This document shows, piece by piece, positions 60,875 to 64,000 of a stretch of 64,000 nucleotides of DNA. A program made the translations under genes and the position numbers. Every line of letters starts with the position of its first letter. Position 1 is the first letter of the stretch. Source of the stretch: Hyphococcus sp. (lineage in GTDB: Bacteria; Pseudomonadota; Alphaproteobacteria; Caulobacterales; Parvularculaceae); the NCBI GenBank assembly GCA_965230025.1, contig CBDDKD010000005.1:17964-81963 (forward strand), read 5' to 3'. The notes beneath the pieces are model-generated. The model searched no databases. It was not told where the DNA came from and saw nothing but the letters and a program-made list of their open reading frames with translations.

Positions 60875-61846
60875 ATGCGGACGGGAGATACCGGTCTTAA
60901 TCTGATCAAGGGCTATGAAGGCCTGCGGATGACGGCGCATTATGCGCCCAGCGAACAATGGACTGTTGGCTACGGTCATGTTTCGTCGGCGCGTCATGGA
61001 ATGAGCGTCACCGAAGGGGATGCGGAGCGGCTGCTTAAGGATGATGTTCAGCCCATTGAACAGCTCATTGGCGACACGGTCCGGGCGCCCCTTAACCAAA
61101 ATGAACACGATGCACTGGTCTCCCTGATTTTCAATATCGGTGAGGACAACTGGAAACGTTCGACGGTTTTGAGAAAGTTGAACGCAGGCGACAAAATTGG
61201 CGCGGCGAACGCTATTGAGCTTTGGACCAAGGCATACGTGAATAACGAACTGGTGGCGTTGGACGGCCTTGTGCGCCGCCGCGCCGCAGAAAAATCATTG
61301 TTCCTTATGCCAACGGACGCATCACTCGTGGTGCCGACGTCGGATGTCGCACCGGCAACTTCTTGCGAACCGGACTTTGTTTCCGACGCCGAGTTGAATG
61401 CAAAGCCGCTGGTTAATTTTGACGAGGTCAAGAATGAGCGCAAAAAAGCGCTGACTGTTGAAGAGCGGGCGGCGCGTACACGGTCCTTGTTTGCTGCGAC
61501 ACAGGCGTTGTCTGGCGACCCTTCCAAGATGATTATCTCGAAGGATGAAGAGTATGCGGATATGGGCGTCACGGTCGGCGCGTTCCTTGCCGGTCTTCTT
61601 GCATTTGCTTTAACTGCGGTTGGCGCCTTGTTGCTATTAGGACAAGAAGCGCCAGGCGTCGCCGAAGCCATAGGATTTACTTATGATCGTTTCACGACGA
61701 TCTTTGACAGTTTGCCATTATGGTTGTCCGCGATTGGCGCCGCCATGTGCTATTTCATTCTGTACATTCTCGTGAAGCGAACAACGCGGCACGATCTGAA
61801 GCGTCAGCGGGCTCGCGACCTCGCGCGCCTGCGTATTTCAGAATAG
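60875..61846 (+). CDS. spmX: SpmX-like polar protein (lysozyme domain plus two C-terminal TM segments)
   Basis: LIKGYEG...WTVGYGH and GLVRRRAAEKSLFL muramidase domain with the catalytic Asp position changed to Ala; linker and two TM helices. Confidence 0.75.
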   Translation: MRTGDTGLNLIKGYEGLRMTAHYAPSEQWTVGYGHVSSARHGMSVTEGDAERLLKDDVQPIEQLIGDTVRAPLNQNEHDALVSLIFNIGEDNWKRSTVLRKLNAGDKIGAANAIELWTKAYVNNELVALDGLVRRRAAEKSLFLMPTDASLVVPTSDVAPATSCEPDFVSDAELNAKPLVNFDEVKNERKKALTVEERAARTRSLFAATQALSGDPSKMIISKDEEYADMGVTVGAFLAGLLAFALTAVGALLLLGQEAPGVAEAIGFTYDRFTTIFDSLPLWLSAIGAAMCYFILYILVKRTTRHDLKRQRARDLARLRISE

Positions 61847-61870
61847 TTTCGCCTTGGCCGTATTTCGGGT

Positions 61871-62305
61871 GTGATGACGATTAATCTGGTCAAGCTTTGT
61901 GTTGGCGCTGAAACTGTCGAAGACTTGCGGGACTGGGTCAAAAAACGGGTGCGGCAAAGCGAACAAGAGGGCGCTGGCAAAGTTCATCATCATGTGACGC
62001 GTATGCATCCGCGACGGGACGTGGAACTGGCGGATGGCGGTTCCATCTATTGGGTTATTAAGGGCAATATCCTGGTGCGCCAGCGAATTATCGGTTTTGA
62101 AAAACGTCTTGGCGCTGATCAGATTGAGCGCACGGCGATCTTGCTGAAGCCGAACCTTGTTCTCACTGAAGCACAACCGCGCCGGGCGTTTCAGGGGTGG
62201 CGGTATCTGACCGTCGAAGACGCACCCAGGGATTTGCCGCGAAAGCGTGGCAAGAACCCGCCACCGGAATTAAGCGCGCAACTGGCCGACCTGGGGCTGT
62301 TATAA
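61871..62305 (+). CDS. DUF1489 family protein
   Basis: LVKLCVG, TRMHPRR, GGSIYWVIKG, FQGWRYL. Confidence 0.92.
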   Translation: MMTINLVKLCVGAETVEDLRDWVKKRVRQSEQEGAGKVHHHVTRMHPRRDVELADGGSIYWVIKGNILVRQRIIGFEKRLGADQIERTAILLKPNLVLTEAQPRRAFQGWRYLTVEDAPRDLPRKRGKNPPPELSAQLADLGLL

Positions 62306-62306
62306 A

Positions 62307-63101
62307 ATGATTGGCGGACTGAAATTTCTCCCCCTCGTTGCTGGCGCCGTTGGCGCAGCCAGCTTGGTCGGTGTCTCGGTTTTCTCGCCGGAGCCTGCCG
62401 ACGAAGCGGGTTCTGCGGCAACTGAAGGGGCGGGTGAACCGGCTTCTCTCTGCTTCAAGAGTGACGTGGATTTCTGGCGAAGCCTGCGCAATCAGTGCTT
62501 ATCGCGCGACAATATCTCAGCGCTGTGGGATGATCCGCTGATCGCAAACGGCCGATCAGTAGAAGTGGAATTAACACACCCAAGCGACCTTTCCGTCGCT
62601 GCAGTCGAGTGCAAGACCTGCCGTCAATATGCGGAAATGCAATGGGATGGCTGGTATGCACTGACCTCGCGCGATATGCGCCGCGAAGCCCGGTTTGTTT
62701 TTGCTTGTGGGACATTGGAATTGCTGGAGCGCGCGAGGCCGGCGGGTGAGAGCTATTTTATTGATGGTTCGCCGACCACTGAAGAGATGCAGGCGCTCGG
62801 CGCGACCTTACTGTTGCGAATCACCGACGGCTCAGCTGTTTCTGGTATTGGCTTGGAGGTCGAAGAACAGGCTGATGCTATGTGGAGCCTCATCACCGAG
62901 GACTATGCCGGCCGTGTCCGGGAGATCGTAAATGCTGATTTCACTGGCGATGGGATCGAGGATGTTCTGGTGTTTTTGTACAGTGCGCCTATTGAGGGAA
63001 CGGCGAGTGTCGCGGCGGTAGCGGTTCTGGAAAAGACCATGCCGAATGGGCCGGTATCGGCGACCTTTCAAAGCTTTCGCCAGGGTCAGGGCGGTATATA
63101 A
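62307..63101 (+). CDS. Hypothetical exported protein
   Basis: N-terminal hydrophobic segment; DFTGDGIED loop. Confidence 0.75.
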   Translation: MIGGLKFLPLVAGAVGAASLVGVSVFSPEPADEAGSAATEGAGEPASLCFKSDVDFWRSLRNQCLSRDNISALWDDPLIANGRSVEVELTHPSDLSVAAVECKTCRQYAEMQWDGWYALTSRDMRREARFVFACGTLELLERARPAGESYFIDGSPTTEEMQALGATLLLRITDGSAVSGIGLEVEEQADAMWSLITEDYAGRVREIVNADFTGDGIEDVLVFLYSAPIEGTASVAAVAVLEKTMPNGPVSATFQSFRQGQGGI

Positions 63102-63219
63102 ATTTTTCGGTTTCTTGGGGATGTGGCGCCTGCCGGGATTGGCGCGCGGGCCGTTGACCCCTATGATTACAACGAGCGGGGTGGAGATCGGGGCCTTTGT
63201 GTCTGGAGGATTTAATATC

Positions 63220-63984
63220 GTGCGATCCGTGAAGCTGTTGTGTTATCTCGCTATCGTCCTATTGGTCTCGGCTTGCTCGACTTTTTCGGGCCGCGCTTCC
63301 CGTGAAGCTCCGTTGGAGACTGACATTGCGGCGACGCAAGCGCGTGCAAACCAGCTTGAAATTGTTGTCGCCCGCCTGAAGTCAGAAAATGCGCGACTGG
63401 CGAATCAGGTGCTTGAGCTTCAGCGCGACAATGAAAAACTCGTGGCGCAAAATGATGAGAGCGAGGATGAAACGACCGAACCCGGTGCGCTGAGGGAAGG
63501 GCAAAATCCGACCCCATCAATTATAGCGTCGGCGGGTCCTCAGCCGCAGGCGAATGCTGTTGTCGACACCGCGAACGCGCCGGAACTGGAGCAAAGCGAT
63601 GTACCGGTTGAGGAGGCGCCGCGTCTGGTGCAGCCTTCTTTTGCGTCAACAGAGTCGGTTTTTGAAAACGAAGCCGAAAGTGACGAAATTGAAACTGCGA
63701 GCGTTCTGTTTGGCGTGCATCTGGCGTCCTATCGCAATGTACCCGAAGCGCGTGAAGGCTGGCAGAAATTGCAGCGTGAAAACCCGGATGAGTTGGGGCT
63801 TTTAGAGCCTCGCCTTGAGACTGTTACAATTGAACAGAAAGGTGTGTTCCTGCGCCTTATCGGCGGTGGGTTTTCGTCCGAGGATAAGGCTGCGGCTTTG
63901 TGCACGAGCCTGATGGAAAAAAACCTCTTTTGCTCCGTCTCGAGTTTCCGGGGGCAACGTTTATCCCTTGCCGGGGCGGGTTAA
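63220..63984 (+). CDS. SPOR-domain lipoprotein with coiled coil
   Basis: GGAGG upstream of GTG 63220; VSAC lipobox; C-terminal VHLASY...LRLIGGGF...C..L....C. Confidence 0.8.
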   Translation: MRSVKLLCYLAIVLLVSACSTFSGRASREAPLETDIAATQARANQLEIVVARLKSENARLANQVLELQRDNEKLVAQNDESEDETTEPGALREGQNPTPSIIASAGPQPQANAVVDTANAPELEQSDVPVEEAPRLVQPSFASTESVFENEAESDEIETASVLFGVHLASYRNVPEAREGWQKLQRENPDELGLLEPRLETVTIEQKGVFLRLIGGGFSSEDKAAALCTSLMEKNLFCSVSSFRGQRLSLAGAG

Positions 63985-64000
63985 TTCCTGCGTCTTCTAA

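Noticed and set aside
60875-61846. Phage endolysin indicating a prophage
   Set aside because: The degenerate catalytic site, two TM helices and core neighbours (mgtE, DUF1489) fit SpmX, and there are no phage structural genes.

Overview
Alphaproteobacterial chromosome segment, probably a Caulobacterales/Parvularculales-like organism (inferred from spmX, UrcA, DUF2807, PEP-CTERM and the nuoN-birA-coaX-rnj synteny). It has two parts. (1) Positions 1-~16,000 are an accessory array. A divergent pair (Tat-signal-like hypothetical gene on -, small XRE helix-turn-helix gene on +) occurs at both ends (1-867 and 13,199-14,485). Ten same-orientation copies of the XRE 3' end, encoding ...GGPG(V/A)RL..., punctuate the region and delimit 0.7-4 kb cargo blocks. 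The cargo comprises an IS1595 remnant with a HEPN-like passenger, a SuhB/MmgR-like sRNA plus UrcA, a LysR pair, a frameshifted isochorismatase, a cupin, AraC-NmrA-DUF1772-serine hydrolase, and an Mrr-type nuclease. The left and right halves of these repeats are shuffled around a GGCGGCCCCGG core, which suggests a cassette-accretion system that recombines within XRE gene tails. No recombinase is visible in the window. REP-like palindromic doublets are embedded in three junctions. (2) Positions ~16,200-64,000 are core genome: glnK-amtB-gltD-gltB, a nuoA-N complex I cluster stretched to ~30 kb by about 21 interspersed genes, birA-coaX-rnj-DUF1467-mgtE, a split PEP-CTERM gene, spmX, DUF1489 and a SPOR lipoprotein. 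All calls come from reading the sequence and recalled motifs; no database searches were run.
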